Assembly (NCBI GenBank): GCA_021777565.1
Contig: JAJYDJ010000002.1
Location: forward strand, 69,082-133,081
Length of the DNA: 64,000 nucleotides
Direction: 5' to 3'
Origin: a bacterium
Lineage (GTDB): Bacteria > Patescibacteriota > Microgenomatia > Levybacterales > UBA12049
Below, one piece after another: positions 27,377 to 38,150 of the stretch. Each line of letters opens with the position of its first letter. Positions within the stretch are counted from its first letter, which is position 1. Both the position numbers and the translations under genes were made by a program. The notes beneath the pieces were generated by a model, which was not told the origin of the DNA, ran no database searches, and saw only the letters and a list, made by a program, of their open reading frames with translations.

Positions 27377-29724
27377 AGAGTAAGATGGAATATCTCCTGT
27401 AAGAAAGGTGTAAAAGTAAGTAAACATTGGAGCAAGATAGTAAGAATTGCTGTCCCAATAAGAAACATATTTGAAAATATTTTTTGCTTTCCACGCACAA
27501 CAAAAACAAGAACAATTTCCATAACGATTAAAAAGTTAAAGACAACTGTTCGTGCGATAGAGACTCCAAGAACATGATCTAACTGCGAGAAGAGGAAGAA
27601 GCAAAGGCTGGCAAGAAAGGTCCCTGCCGTCAGGACAAATATGAGCCTTTTACTTGTTAAGAAATGATCGCGTATTGCATGGGGATGGCTATTTTTTAGC
27701 ACACCATCGTGGGGATCATTAGCAAGTGCAAGGGCTGGAAGTCCATCAGTAATAAGGTTGATCCAGAGAATTTGTGTGGGCAGAAGTGGCATGTCTGTAT
27801 TGCCAAAGGTGGCAAACATCACGAGTAGGAGTTCTCCTAAATTGCCACTGACAAGATAAGTAATTGCTTTCACGACGTTGGCATATATTCTTCTTCCTTC
27901 ATGAACCGCAGAAACAATGGTTGCAAAGTTATCATCCTGAAGGACAATATCACTTGCTTCACGCGCGACATCGGTCCCTTTTTCTCCCATCGCGAGTCCA
28001 ACATTTGCTTGTTTCAGGGCGAGGGCATCATTCACTCCATCACCAGTAACCCCAACCAGGTGGCCAGCGCTTTGAAATGCTTTTACTAGGCGAAGTTTAT
28101 GTTCCGGCGTTGTCCTTGCAAAGAGATTTGTTGTTTCAATAGTCTGCAAAAGATCGGCATCATTCATCTCATCAATCTCGCTCCCTGTTACAACATGAGA
28201 AGATTTTTGTGTGATGCCAACATCCTGCGCAATTGACTCAGCCGTGAGGGGATTGTCTCCTGTAACCATAACAACACGAATACCAGAATTGTGCGCATCA
28301 TCTACCGCCTGTTTTGCCTCCTTACGAGGAGGATCGTAAAGACAAAGAAATCCTAAGAAGGTTAAGTTCTCCTCAATCTCCGTTCGGGAAAATTTTTTGC
28401 CCTTAGTAATTCCTTTTTGTGCTGCAGCAATAACACGCAGCCCTTTTGCTGCATACGATTGATAGCGCCTTGTTAAAGATTCTTTTTCACTTTCAGAAAT
28501 ACGACACATGTTCAGAATACTCTCTGGAGCGCCACGGGAGATGACTAATGTTTTTTTGTGATACGATGCTATCGTTGTAATACTTTTTGTTTTGGGATTA
28601 AAAGTGTATTCATCAATAATCTCGATTGGTTCATCGATATATTCGTTCCCTTGTTCAGTAGCCCAGAGAAGGAGTGCCCCATCTGTCTTATCTCCAATGA
28701 TGCGTGGTTGTCCGTGTTGGTCAGTTATATGGGCAGTGTTACCGATCATACATGCGTGAATTAGCTCATGTAAAAACTTCTTTTGCGGCACCCAAACATC
28801 TTTAACTTTCATATCGTTTTGAGTAATTGTCCCGGTTTTATCTGTCAGGATAACCGTAATTGCGCCAATAGTCTCTATACTGGAAAGTCGCCTCACAATT
28901 GCATGCTTTTGTGCCATGCGGTTGGTCCCCAAAGAGAGTGCAATAGTTATAACAACAGGCAGGCTCTCTGGGATTGCGGCAACGCTGATACTAATAACCA
29001 ATAAAATAAGGGGATACAAGTCTTTGCCATAGGCGATGCCTGCAGGAAGGATAAGGAGGGCCATTAAAAGGGCGAATAAAGAAAGGATACGGGTAAGTCC
29101 TGAAATCTGGTGCTGGAGTGGTGTTTCTTCCTCGGTGACGGTGCCAAGCGTGGTAGAGATTTGCCCAAGCTTGGTTGTTTTACCTATTTTGACAACCTCC
29201 ATCACCCCTTTCCCCTTTGCAACAAAGGTCCCCATTAATACCTCCTCCTGAATAGACTTTGAGACCGGAAGCGATTCTCCAGTTACCAGTGATTCATCAA
29301 TTTCAATTTGGGTAGCCCGTTTTAAAAATCCATCTGCAGGGATGCGGTCTCCCTCGTTAAGTATGACGATGTCCCCTGGAACAAGTTGACTACTTTCTGT
29401 CTCAAATGTTTTTCCATTTCGAATAACAACGCAGCGAGGTTGAGAAAATTGTTTAAGTTTTTCAATTGCTTTTTCTGCTTTAAATTCTTGATAGAAACCT
29501 AACGTTGCACTTAGAAGAACAATAAAAAGGATGAATATACCATCCAGTGGTTCATGAATGGCAAATGAGAAGAGAGCACCCAGAGCAAGAATGCCATTGA
29601 TAAGTGTAGGGAACTGTCTTAAAAAGAGTTTTTGTGTCGTAAATCTTCTCTCAACAGATAATGCATTCTCCCCAAAAGTGTTTCGCAGCTTTAAATAGTC
29701 TTCGTTGCTGAGACCTCGTTCCAT
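27373..29724 (-). CDS. P-type cation-transporting ATPase (type II, Ca2+/Mg2+-like)
   Basis: DKTGTITQN, TGDNPLTA and GDGVNDALALK are the P-type motifs. Confidence 0.9.
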   Translation of the reverse strand: MERGLSNEDYLKLRNTFGENALSVERRFTTQKLFLRQFPTLINGILALGALFSFAIHEPLDGIFILFIVLLSATLGFYQEFKAEKAIEKLKQFSQPRCVVIRNGKTFETESSQLVPGDIVILNEGDRIPADGFLKRATQIEIDESLVTGESLPVSKSIQEEVLMGTFVAKGKGVMEVVKIGKTTKLGQISTTLGTVTEEETPLQHQISGLTRILSLFALLMALLILPAGIAYGKDLYPLILLVISISVAAIPESLPVVITIALSLGTNRMAQKHAIVRRLSSIETIGAITVILTDKTGTITQNDMKVKDVWVPQKKFLHELIHACMIGNTAHITDQHGQPRIIGDKTDGALLLWATEQGNEYIDEPIEIIDEYTFNPKTKSITTIASYHKKTLVISRGAPESILNMCRISESEKESLTRRYQSYAAKGLRVIAAAQKGITKGKKFSRTEIEENLTFLGFLCLYDPPRKEAKQAVDDAHNSGIRVVMVTGDNPLTAESIAQDVGITQKSSHVVTGSEIDEMNDADLLQTIETTNLFARTTPEHKLRLVKAFQSAGHLVGVTGDGVNDALALKQANVGLAMGEKGTDVAREASDIVLQDDNFATIVSAVHEGRRIYANVVKAITYLVSGNLGELLLVMFATFGNTDMPLLPTQILWINLITDGLPALALANDPHDGVLKNSHPHAIRDHFLTSKRLIFVLTAGTFLASLCFFLFSQLDHVLGVSIARTVVFNFLIVMEIVLVFVVRGKQKIFSNMFLIGTAILTILLQCLLTFTPFLQEIFHLTL

Positions 29725-29788
29725 ATATCTATCGTACCAAAACTACACCTCTATGGAAAAAGGTATAGTTTTTGGTAAAAAAAGACTT

Positions 29789-30052
29789 TTATCTTCGCTT
29801 CTTTTGTAGGCTGTTCCACAGCATAGCAAAAAGATATCCAGCAAGATATCCGATGCCAAAGGTAACGAGTATAAGAAGTCCTGCTTGAGTTGCATTAAAC
29901 CCAGTCACATGATACACAGGTGTGATCATATGGAGCCAGAAAATCCAGTCGATAAGTGGCTGCGCAAGGCCAATAAAAATCAAAAGACTCCAGAACGCAT
30001 GCCATCCACCAAGGAACAGACCGACAATTAGACCAACTTTGTTCTCTTTCAT
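29789..30052 (-). CDS. Small hydrophobic protein (2-3 TM), hypothetical
   Basis: The call rests on hydrophobicity and a clean intergenic fit only. Confidence 0.3.
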   Translation of the reverse strand: MKENKVGLIVGLFLGGWHAFWSLLIFIGLAQPLIDWIFWLHMITPVYHVTGFNATQAGLLILVTFGIGYLAGYLFAMLWNSLQKKRR

Positions 30053-30093
30053 CTAACTCACCTCCCTTCATATCTAGTATAGATACAAATTTG

Positions 30094-31620
30094 TCACAAT
30101 GTAAATTCCTGTTTTTGTCTATATTGAAGGCTTTCTGCTATGTGGTGCTCAAAAATCTCTTCTGATCCTTCAAGATCTGCTATTGTTCTCGCGAGCTTGA
30201 TAACTCGATTGTAGCTTCTTGCAGACAGGTGCAAATTCTCAATTGAGAGTTTCAGTAGCTGTATACAAGGATCAGATAATCTGCAGTGCATACCTACTTC
30301 TTTTGAACCCATGTCAGCATTACACGTGAGTGGCGTCCCTGCAAATCTTTCCAGTTGTCTATCCCGAGCTTTTTGTACACGCGCTCGGATGGTTTCTGAA
30401 CTTTCTTGCTCTTGTGGAGAGCTGGTAAGTTTATCAACCGGAACTGCAGGGACATCAATATGAATATCTATGCGGTCCAGAAGTGGCCCAGAAATTCGCT
30501 TCTGATAGCGAAGAATATGAAGCGGTGAGCATGAACAGGTGTGTGTAGTGTCTCCCAGGTATCCACAAGGACAAGGATTGAGTGCGGCAATGAGCATAAA
30601 CTTACAAGGGAATGTAGTCCGTCCTTTCGCTCTACTAATAGTAACGAAACCATCCTCCAAGGGTTGTCTGAGCCCTTCCAGCACAGTGCGTGGGAACTCA
30701 GGGAGTTCATCCAGGAAGAGAATACCACGATGTGCAAGGGATATCTCTCCTGGTCTAGGAGAAGTTCCTCCCCCGATAAGACCGATGTGGGAGATCGTAT
30801 GGTGAGGAGCACGAAACGGGCGCGTTTGTTTTATCCCATCTTGATCTAAAAGCCCAGCAATACTATAAATTTTAGTGATTTCAATCATTTCAGAGAATGT
30901 CATGGTGGGCAGAATTGAGGGGAAGGTACGTGCTAGAAGGGTTTTCCCAGCACCTGGTGGACCTTTAAATAGTATGTTGTGTCCTCCTGCCGCGGCGATT
31001 TCAAGTGCTCTTTTGGCTTGTTCCTGTCCTTTGATGTCTGCTATGTCATGAGGGTAGGTCTTCACAGGCGTCATTTCTGGTGGTTGTACCTGGGATGGTT
31101 CAATACTTTTTTGATTGGTCAGATGAAAATAAAGTTGGTGTAGAGATGTAATGGGATAGATATTCACACCAGAAATAACAGTAGCCTCGCGCACATTCTC
31201 CTCGGGGAGGAAGCATTCTTTTATATGTCTTTCCCTCGCCATAAGTATTTGTGGGAGGACACCAGTACATCTTCTTAGTTTCCCATCCAAAGACAATTCT
31301 CCGATAAAAAGACTGTGTGTTGTGCTAACTTGGAGCTGCCCTGTGGCGATAAGTATACCAATGGCGATGGGGAGATCATATTGTGGACCTTCTTTTGGAA
31401 GGTCTGCGGGAGCGAGATTAACTGTTATTCGTTTCGCTGGGAAATCTGCTCCAGAATTTTTGAGAGCAGCACGAACTCTTTCTCGCGACTCTTCAATTGC
31501 TTTGTCAGGAAGGCCAACAATGGTGAAGCCAGGAAGCCCGCTTGAAGCAATATCAACTTCAACCTCAATGGGAATTGCATCAAGTCCAACAATTGCTGCT
31601 GACCAAACTTTTGCTAGCAT
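30094..31620 (-). CDS. comM: Mg-chelatase-like AAA+ ATPase, YifB/ComM family
   Basis: The N-terminal Lon-like domain (MLAKVWSAAIVGLDAIPIEVEVD), Walker A GPPGAGKT and the C-terminal Mg_chelatase_C domain are present. Confidence 0.9.
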   Translation of the reverse strand: MLAKVWSAAIVGLDAIPIEVEVDIASSGLPGFTIVGLPDKAIEESRERVRAALKNSGADFPAKRITVNLAPADLPKEGPQYDLPIAIGILIATGQLQVSTTHSLFIGELSLDGKLRRCTGVLPQILMARERHIKECFLPEENVREATVISGVNIYPITSLHQLYFHLTNQKSIEPSQVQPPEMTPVKTYPHDIADIKGQEQAKRALEIAAAGGHNILFKGPPGAGKTLLARTFPSILPTMTFSEMIEITKIYSIAGLLDQDGIKQTRPFRAPHHTISHIGLIGGGTSPRPGEISLAHRGILFLDELPEFPRTVLEGLRQPLEDGFVTISRAKGRTTFPCKFMLIAALNPCPCGYLGDTTHTCSCSPLHILRYQKRISGPLLDRIDIHIDVPAVPVDKLTSSPQEQESSETIRARVQKARDRQLERFAGTPLTCNADMGSKEVGMHCRLSDPCIQLLKLSIENLHLSARSYNRVIKLARTIADLEGSEEIFEHHIAESLQYRQKQEFTL

Positions 31621-31649
31621 TATTTTATGCTAACAATCCCGTGAATATA

Positions 31650-32636
31650 TTACTGTGAGAGAAGTCGTAGAATTTGTTTTGCGAGCTTATCTGAATCATG
31701 GCGGATGATACTTCTGGTTAATGTATCAGCTTTATTTTTTTCAATTGTCTTTCTCGTAATGATATTTCCGTGAAGCAGTGTATGTGACTTTTTTGATAAA
31801 TTGTCTTGCACTGGAACTTCACCAAATTGTCGATACCACTCTCGTGTTTCTTCCGTTGGCTTGCCTGTGTTGATCAATACATGGGTTATGGTTTTATCGC
31901 CAAGATAGAGAGAAAGATCATCCAAATGGTCTTGTGCACTGTAGTCAGTTGTTTGACCTTTTTTAGTCATAAGATTCATGACAAAAAGTTTTTTCGCAGG
32001 AGATTTTTGTAATGCGTGAATAATGCCTTTAACCAAGAGATTGGGGATGATACTGGTATAGAGGTCTCCCGGACCAAGCACTACGAGGTCAGCTGATAGG
32101 ATTGCTTGAATCGCATCAGGATTGGCAGTAGCGTGAGGAGTAAGAAATGCCTTTTTGATACGTGGTCTGTTTACTTGTGCTTCAACTTCATCAATGTGTG
32201 TCTCACCAGTAATCACTGTACCGTCCACAAGTGTAACGCATAGTTGTGCTTGGTCAAACGTAACGGGGATGACATTTCCTTGGATGTGTAAAATGTCTGC
32301 CGCTTGCTTAATTGCATCTTTCATCGTCCCTGTTGTTTTCTCAAGTGCTGATAGAAAGATGTTGCCAAAGGTATGTCCTTTGAGTGAACCCTCAGTGAAA
32401 CGGTACATAAAAAGCTCTCGAAGTGTCTGAGATGAGTGGGAAAGTGCAACTAGACACTGTCTGACATCTCCCGGTGGAAGCACCCCGAGTTCGTCACGTA
32501 GTTTGCCACTTGATCCACCACTGTCCATCATGGTGACGATGGCACTAAGATCAACTGGATATTTTTTTAGACCGGACAGTGTCACAAATGTGCCTGTCCC
32601 GCCACCAATGATGACGATGCGCGGATTTTTTTTCAT
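31650..32636 (-). CDS. YvcK/CofD-family gluconeogenesis factor-like protein
   Basis: RIVIIGGGTGTFVTLSGLK...MMDSGGSSGKLR is the family pattern. The start was chosen at MKKNPR, abutting the glmS stop. Confidence 0.8.
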   Translation of the reverse strand: MKKNPRIVIIGGGTGTFVTLSGLKKYPVDLSAIVTMMDSGGSSGKLRDELGVLPPGDVRQCLVALSHSSQTLRELFMYRFTEGSLKGHTFGNIFLSALEKTTGTMKDAIKQAADILHIQGNVIPVTFDQAQLCVTLVDGTVITGETHIDEVEAQVNRPRIKKAFLTPHATANPDAIQAILSADLVVLGPGDLYTSIIPNLLVKGIIHALQKSPAKKLFVMNLMTKKGQTTDYSAQDHLDDLSLYLGDKTITHVLINTGKPTEETREWYRQFGEVPVQDNLSKKSHTLLHGNIITRKTIEKNKADTLTRSIIRHDSDKLAKQILRLLSQ

Positions 32637-32637
32637 G

Positions 32638-34404
32638 TTATTTGACGGTAACTGATTTTGCGAGATTACGTGGTTTGTCAGGATCGGCAACACCTCTTTG
32701 CAGAGAAAGGAAATAGCCAAGTAGTTGCAGGGGTATGACTTGTGTAATTAAGGGAATGCCGGTATCTTTCACTTGAATCCATTCATCGAAAATTGGTGAG
32801 TTTTTGGGAGAAATTCCGATGATATATCCACCTCGTGACTTGAGTTCCATAGCATTTGACAAGATAGCCGCATGCGTCTCGTCTTGGGGCGCGATAACGA
32901 TACACGGGGTCCCTTTGTCGATAAGAGCGATTGGGCCATGTTTTATTTCTCCTCCTGCAAGCCCTTCTGCATGTATATAGCTTACTTCCTTAATCTTTAG
33001 TGCTCCCTCCAGTGCCGTCGCATAAGACATACCACGACCAATCAAATACACGTGTTCATGCCGTGCGATTTTTTTTGCAATAGAGCGTAATGTTTTTGTT
33101 GTGTTTGGTTTCAGTAAACGTTGAATTTCTTGGGCACTTTCCAAAAGTTTCTTTTGTCCTGTTTGACTGTCCTTTGCAATGGCATATGCAAGATACGTAA
33201 GTACAGCAATTTTTGCTGTATAGGCTTTGGTTGATGCGACTGCTTTCTCGGGACCTGCCTGCAAAAGAATTGTCTGATCAGCGAGTCGATAGATGGTGGA
33301 GCCAAGCGTGTTAACAATTGCCAGGATTTTACTTCCCTTCTTTTTGGCACGAGTAAGTGGCTCGACAATATCGATGGTTTCTCCTGATTGTGAGAGAGGA
33401 ATAATAAGGCTGTCTGGAGTAAGAAAATCTTCCAGATACATAAATTCTGAGGCAGGGGCCATATTGACATGAATGTGGGCAATTTTTGAAAAAAGATACG
33501 TGCCTGCGAGACAGGCGTATGATGCAGTGCCACTTCCAATAAAGAAGGTGCCAAATGCATGCTCGATACGAGGAGCTTGTTTCTCAATGAGTTCTTTTTG
33601 TGTTTTAGCAATGGTACGAATAACTTGTGGCTGTTCGGCAATTTCCTTAAGCATGAAATGCTTATAGTTTCCTTTTGTGACGTGAGATTGTTGCCATGAT
33701 ACAGTCTCGAAATATTCTTTAATGTGTTTGTCCGTGTCGATATGCTCAAGTACCAACGAGTTCTCTCCCAAGATAGCAAGCTCATGATCGTTGAGAAAAA
33801 GAAGGGTATTTGTATAGGGGAGGATGCCCACTGCATCTGATGCAATAAAGTATTCATCTTGTCCCTTCCCAATGACGATAGGAGAACCATTTTTAACAAC
33901 GAAAATCTCTTTTGTTCTCTGGTAGAGAATAACAAGTGCGGAAAGTCCGCGCAATCTCTGGAACGTTTTTTTAACAGCATTTTTGATAGGACTGTGTTTT
34001 ACATACTCTTCAAGTAAATGGGGGACGACTTCGGTGTCAGTGTCAGAGGTGAAATGATGCCCTTTTTTTAGTAACTCTTCTTTTAGCTCTTGATAGTTCT
34101 CGATAATGCCATTGTGTAAGACAGCAATCTCCTCGTTGCAGTCCAGATGTGGGTGGGCATTCTTCTCAAATACGCCTCCATGGGTTGCCCAGCGGGTATG
34201 GCCTATCCCAATTGTTCCACCAGAGAGTTTGAGTTGTTTCTTATCAATCTTGCCAGTTTGCCTTTGTCTTTGAAGTTTCTGGTTGCTATTTAAAATAGCG
34301 ATCCCCCATGAGTCATAGCCGCGATACTCAAGTGTCTGGAGCCCTTTGAAGATCATTTCAGGTGCATTGGTTTTTGTCCCAATGTAGCCAAAAATACCAC
34401 ACAT
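32638..34404 (-). CDS. glmS: Glutamine--fructose-6-phosphate aminotransferase
   Basis: MCGIFGYIG is the Ntn Cys2 start. The ORF-track N-terminal extension to 34524 is implausible because the catalytic Cys must be residue 2. Two SIS domains are present. Confidence 0.95.
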   Translation of the reverse strand: MCGIFGYIGTKTNAPEMIFKGLQTLEYRGYDSWGIAILNSNQKLQRQRQTGKIDKKQLKLSGGTIGIGHTRWATHGGVFEKNAHPHLDCNEEIAVLHNGIIENYQELKEELLKKGHHFTSDTDTEVVPHLLEEYVKHSPIKNAVKKTFQRLRGLSALVILYQRTKEIFVVKNGSPIVIGKGQDEYFIASDAVGILPYTNTLLFLNDHELAILGENSLVLEHIDTDKHIKEYFETVSWQQSHVTKGNYKHFMLKEIAEQPQVIRTIAKTQKELIEKQAPRIEHAFGTFFIGSGTASYACLAGTYLFSKIAHIHVNMAPASEFMYLEDFLTPDSLIIPLSQSGETIDIVEPLTRAKKKGSKILAIVNTLGSTIYRLADQTILLQAGPEKAVASTKAYTAKIAVLTYLAYAIAKDSQTGQKKLLESAQEIQRLLKPNTTKTLRSIAKKIARHEHVYLIGRGMSYATALEGALKIKEVSYIHAEGLAGGEIKHGPIALIDKGTPCIVIAPQDETHAAILSNAMELKSRGGYIIGISPKNSPIFDEWIQVKDTGIPLITQVIPLQLLGYFLSLQRGVADPDKPRNLAKSVTVK

Positions 34405-34479
34405 AGGTGTTTGTATCATAACACAATTTTCTGTTGCATTTGCAATGCACCAAGCGAATGGTACAATGAGCCTAACTTT

Positions 34480-36237
34480 ATGGATAATGTGAGTACGGTA
34501 CGCGAGAGAACGGATATTGTTCAATTAATTGGAAGTTTTATTACCTTGAAAAAAATGGGTGGAAATTTTAAAGCACCTTGTCCATTTCATCAGGAAAAAA
34601 CCCCATCTTTTGTCGTCTCCCCAGAAAGACAAATCTGGCATTGTTTTGGCTGTCAAAAAGGAGGAGACGTATTTACCTTCATCATGGAATATGAGCATGT
34701 GGAATTCCCTGAGGCACTCAAAATTCTCGCAGACAGAGCGGGGATTACACTACAAAACAACTTTGATAGTAAAAATGCATCCAAGAGAGAACTTTTGCTA
34801 GAGATAAATCGATTGGCAGGAGAATATTATCATTTTCTTTTGACCAAACACGCTGTTGGTGAGAAAGCACGAGAGTATCTCAAAAAACGTGGGATCAATG
34901 AAAAACTTTGGGAAACATTTCAAATAGGTTTTGCTCCCAAAGGAGCAAATTTATATCAGTATCTTACCCAAAAAAAGCACCTTCATCCCCAGGACATTGC
35001 TGATGCAGGACTCAGTGCTGGTATGAGAAAAAATATGGATTTCTTTCAAAACAGGCTAACCTTTGCCCTCTGTGACCATCGTGGTAATATTTTGGGCTTC
35101 TCAGGAAGGGCAATTGATACAGATTTTTTTGGAGGCAAGTATATTAATACACGTGAGACAGATATCTATCACAAGGGTGAGGCCTGTTTCGGTCTCAATA
35201 TTACAAAGGATGAAATCAAAAAGAAAAATCAGGTCATGGTGATGGAAGGAGAATTTGATGTTATGAGTTCTTTCCAGGAGGGAGTAGGGAATGTCATTGC
35301 TTTAAAAGGAACCGCATTTACCAAAATGCAGGCGAAGCTTTTGAAGCGCTTTTGTAATAAAGTTACCCTGTGTCTGGACATGGATAGTGCGGGACAGGAT
35401 GCTCTGCGTAGAAGTGTCCCTGTGCTTGAAGAGGAAGATATGACGATTACAGCTGTGGTACTCCCTAGCGGGAAAGACCCTGATGAGCTTGCTCGTGAAG
35501 ATCCGATTGCCTTAAGAAAGGCACTAGAGGATGATTCGCCAATTTATGATGTCCTCTTGCAGCAATTTATGCATCTTTTTGATGGGAAGACGATCGAAGG
35601 GAAAAAACAGATTTCATCACAGTTCCTCTCTTATCTTACGACAGTGCAAAATGAAGTGGTGAAGGATCACTATCTCAAGCTTTTAGGAAAATCACTTGAT
35701 GTCTCAGTGGAGGTACTGATGCGGGAGTTTGAGAAAGCTCAAAGGGTACAGTCTCTTGGGAAGGATACTCCTATGGTGGTCAGTGAAGAGAAAAAATCTC
35801 GTCAGGACATGCTGGAGGAATACACGCTTGCGATACTTGTGCAACAATCCCAGCCTCAAATGATTATTCGAGCCCAGCAAGAGCTGTTTTCACGACTTTC
35901 TTGGCATATCCCTTCCCGAGGCAAGCTTATACAGTCATTACTGAGTTTGACTGACTATCAGCCAGCTCAGTTTGCATCTACTCTGGCCTCAGAGTTGGTC
36001 CCTGTCTTTGATATGGCTTTTTTGCAGCCGATAGCTTCATTTACTCAGGATGAAGCTGAGAAAGAGTGTGTAAAAAGTGTAAAGGAGCTCATCTCATTAT
36101 CTCTCAGACAGCAGATGAAAGAGGTCTCTGAGGAGATACAGGTTCAAGAAAAGGCGAATAATGAAGAAAAAATCGCTCAACTGGAGGAACAACTATCGAA
36201 AATTATGCAAGAAATTGCCCATATTGAAAAGCCGTAG
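34480..36237 (+). CDS. dnaG: DNA primase
   Basis: The zinc ribbon CPFHQEKTPSF...HCFGCQKGGD and a TOPRIM region are present. The start was chosen at MDNVSTV to leave a divergent promoter with glmS. Confidence 0.9.
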   Translation: MDNVSTVRERTDIVQLIGSFITLKKMGGNFKAPCPFHQEKTPSFVVSPERQIWHCFGCQKGGDVFTFIMEYEHVEFPEALKILADRAGITLQNNFDSKNASKRELLLEINRLAGEYYHFLLTKHAVGEKAREYLKKRGINEKLWETFQIGFAPKGANLYQYLTQKKHLHPQDIADAGLSAGMRKNMDFFQNRLTFALCDHRGNILGFSGRAIDTDFFGGKYINTRETDIYHKGEACFGLNITKDEIKKKNQVMVMEGEFDVMSSFQEGVGNVIALKGTAFTKMQAKLLKRFCNKVTLCLDMDSAGQDALRRSVPVLEEEDMTITAVVLPSGKDPDELAREDPIALRKALEDDSPIYDVLLQQFMHLFDGKTIEGKKQISSQFLSYLTTVQNEVVKDHYLKLLGKSLDVSVEVLMREFEKAQRVQSLGKDTPMVVSEEKKSRQDMLEEYTLAILVQQSQPQMIIRAQQELFSRLSWHIPSRGKLIQSLLSLTDYQPAQFASTLASELVPVFDMAFLQPIASFTQDEAEKECVKSVKELISLSLRQQMKEVSEEIQVQEKANNEEKIAQLEEQLSKIMQEIAHIEKP

Positions 36238-36270
36238 GAATATTCTTGCAATATTTGCTATAATAGGCAC

Positions 36271-37353
36271 ATGCAAAAGGCCCCACCAGTTGTCAATGAT
36301 ATTACTACGTCTGCAAAGAAGAGGGGATATATTACCCAAGAAGAAATTTTAAATATTTTTGCTAAGCCTGAAGAGCATCTTGAAGAGCTTGATGAATTGT
36401 ATGCAAAGCTCCTAGCAATGGACATTGATGTCTTTGAGTCAACTGCCCAACAGGATGACACTACAAAACCTATTGCCGATCTTGAAAAAGAATTAGAAGC
36501 ACTGACGGTGTTGACTGAAGGATCAGTTTCAGACCCAGTGAGAATGTATCTAAAAGAGATCGGACGGATTCCACTTTTGACATTTGATCAAGAAATAGAA
36601 TTGGCTAAAAAGGTAGAAAAAGGTGATGAAGTAGCAAAACAAAAACTTACAACTGCCAATCTTCGATTGGTTGTCTCTATTGCAAAAAAATATGTTGGGA
36701 GAGGACTGACCTTGTTGGATTTGATTCAAGAAGGGAACCAAGGACTTATTCGTGCTGTTGAGAAATATGATTGGCGAAGAGGATTTAAGTTCTCAACGTA
36801 TGCCACTTGGTGGATTCGACAGTCAATTACTCGTGCTATTGCTGACCAGGCTCGTACTATTAGAATTCCTGTTCATATGGTAGAAAACATTAATCGCTTT
36901 TTGAGAATGTCTCGAAAGTTGATGCAGGATTTGGGCCGCGAACCAACCCCTGAGGAAGTAGCAAAAGCACTTGGTATTGATGCAGAGAAAGCAATGGAAA
37001 TTATCAAGATTTCTCAAGAGCCAGCAAGTCTTGAAATGAGTATTGGTGATGAAGACGATAGTAGACTAGGAGATTTTATCTCAGATACGACTAAACCTAC
37101 CCTTTTTGATGAAGCTTCGCGTGAGCTTCTTAAAGAACAAGTAGAAAAAGTGCTTGAGTCTCTGTCAGAGCGTGAAAGAAGAGTCCTTGAAGAGCGATTT
37201 GGGCTCAGAGATGGCAAACCAAAGACTTTGGAAGAAGTTGGTAAGTTATTTGCGGTTACCCGTGAACGTATTCGACAGATTGAAGCAAAAGCGCTGCGGA
37301 AATTGCGCCATCCGACCCGTGCGCACCTCCTAAAAGACTATCTTGAATCATAA
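36271..37353 (+). CDS. rpoD: RNA polymerase primary sigma factor (short, lacks region 1.1)
   Basis: [30 protein letters not shown] and region 4 are present, in dnaG-rpoD operon order. Confidence 0.95.
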   Translation: MQKAPPVVNDITTSAKKRGYITQEEILNIFAKPEEHLEELDELYAKLLAMDIDVFESTAQQDDTTKPIADLEKELEALTVLTEGSVSDPVRMYLKEIGRIPLLTFDQEIELAKKVEKGDEVAKQKLTTANLRLVVSIAKKYVGRGLTLLDLIQEGNQGLIRAVEKYDWRRGFKFSTYATWWIRQSITRAIADQARTIRIPVHMVENINRFLRMSRKLMQDLGREPTPEEVAKALGIDAEKAMEIIKISQEPASLEMSIGDEDDSRLGDFISDTTKPTLFDEASRELLKEQVEKVLESLSERERRVLEERFGLRDGKPKTLEEVGKLFAVTRERIRQIEAKALRKLRHPTRAHLLKDYLES

Positions 37354-37391
37354 AACTTGACAGGAGGCTCTATTTTGAGTACCTTGTAAGT

Positions 37392-37841
37392 ATGATCACA
37401 AAAATGATTGCCCCTCTTGTCAGCATGCTTCCTGCAACTCCAGTTTACGCACATTGTGATGTTCCTTGTGGGATCTATGACCCAAAACCAGCCCAAATTG
37501 CTGCAGCAACAGTATTGAAGATGGTTCAGAAGCTTGCTGCACTTACCCCACCAAATCCAAGTTCGACGCCACAGGATATTCTTAATTATCAAAATGACAC
37601 AACGCGCATGATCTGGACGAAAGAGGAGCATGCACGCAAATGCAAAACTGAACTCTACATCCTTTGGTCAGATTATTTTAAACCAGAGCATCTCGAAAAG
37701 TTCCCTGATTTACACACAAAATTCTGGACTGCAGTAAAATTGTGCAGCGAAAATAAGCAACATGTCAGTGAAGAATCTGCACAGAAGTTGATTGCTGCTG
37801 TTGATGAAATTGCTCAGATGTTTGTTGAGAGCAAGAAATAA
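37392..37841 (+). CDS. sodN: Nickel-containing superoxide dismutase precursor
   Basis: A propeptide is followed by the Ni-hook HCDVPCGIYDP (H-C-x-x-P-C-G-x-Y), which becomes the mature N-terminus after cleavage. Confidence 0.8.
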   Translation: MITKMIAPLVSMLPATPVYAHCDVPCGIYDPKPAQIAAATVLKMVQKLAALTPPNPSSTPQDILNYQNDTTRMIWTKEEHARKCKTELYILWSDYFKPEHLEKFPDLHTKFWTAVKLCSENKQHVSEESAQKLIAAVDEIAQMFVESKK

Positions 37842-37846
37842 CTCCT

Positions 37847-38149
37847 GTGAAATTTCTTCCATTTGGTATCTTCAAAGTTGTTGGCACGAGTATGTCCCCA
37901 CTCTATACCCCCGGGATGCGTATCCTTGTTTGGAGATGGTTCCGTTTACTAAAACCAGGTGATGTTGTTGTACTTTCTGATCCCCGAGATGGGAGAAGGA
38001 TCGTTAAAAGAGTTGAGAAAATACTTGATGGGGATCTAGAAGAAAAATATCATGTTCTTGGTGATAATAAAAATGAGAGCACAGACAGTCGTGTCTTTGG
38101 GCCTGTCTCAAAAGAATCTATCTTGGGAAAAGTTGTTTGGCACGGATAG
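37847..38149 (+). CDS. sodX: NiSOD maturation peptidase SodX (signal-peptidase-I / S26-like)
   Basis: GTSMSP (Ser nucleophile), a KR motif (IVKRV) and GDN...S.DSR are present. It lies immediately downstream of sodN. Confidence 0.7.
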   Translation: MKFLPFGIFKVVGTSMSPLYTPGMRILVWRWFRLLKPGDVVVLSDPRDGRRIVKRVEKILDGDLEEKYHVLGDNKNESTDSRVFGPVSKESILGKVVWHG

Positions 38150-38150
38150 T

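Noticed and set aside
33111-33980. A 289-aa ORF antisense within glmS
   Set aside because: It is antisense to a highly conserved gene, with low-complexity Leu/Ser/Lys-rich composition typical of the reverse frame of an AT-rich gene.
34405-34524. A 40-aa N-terminal extension of glmS
   Set aside because: GlmS requires Cys as residue 2 (MCGIFGY) for Ntn amidotransferase activity, so the upstream Met cannot be the start.
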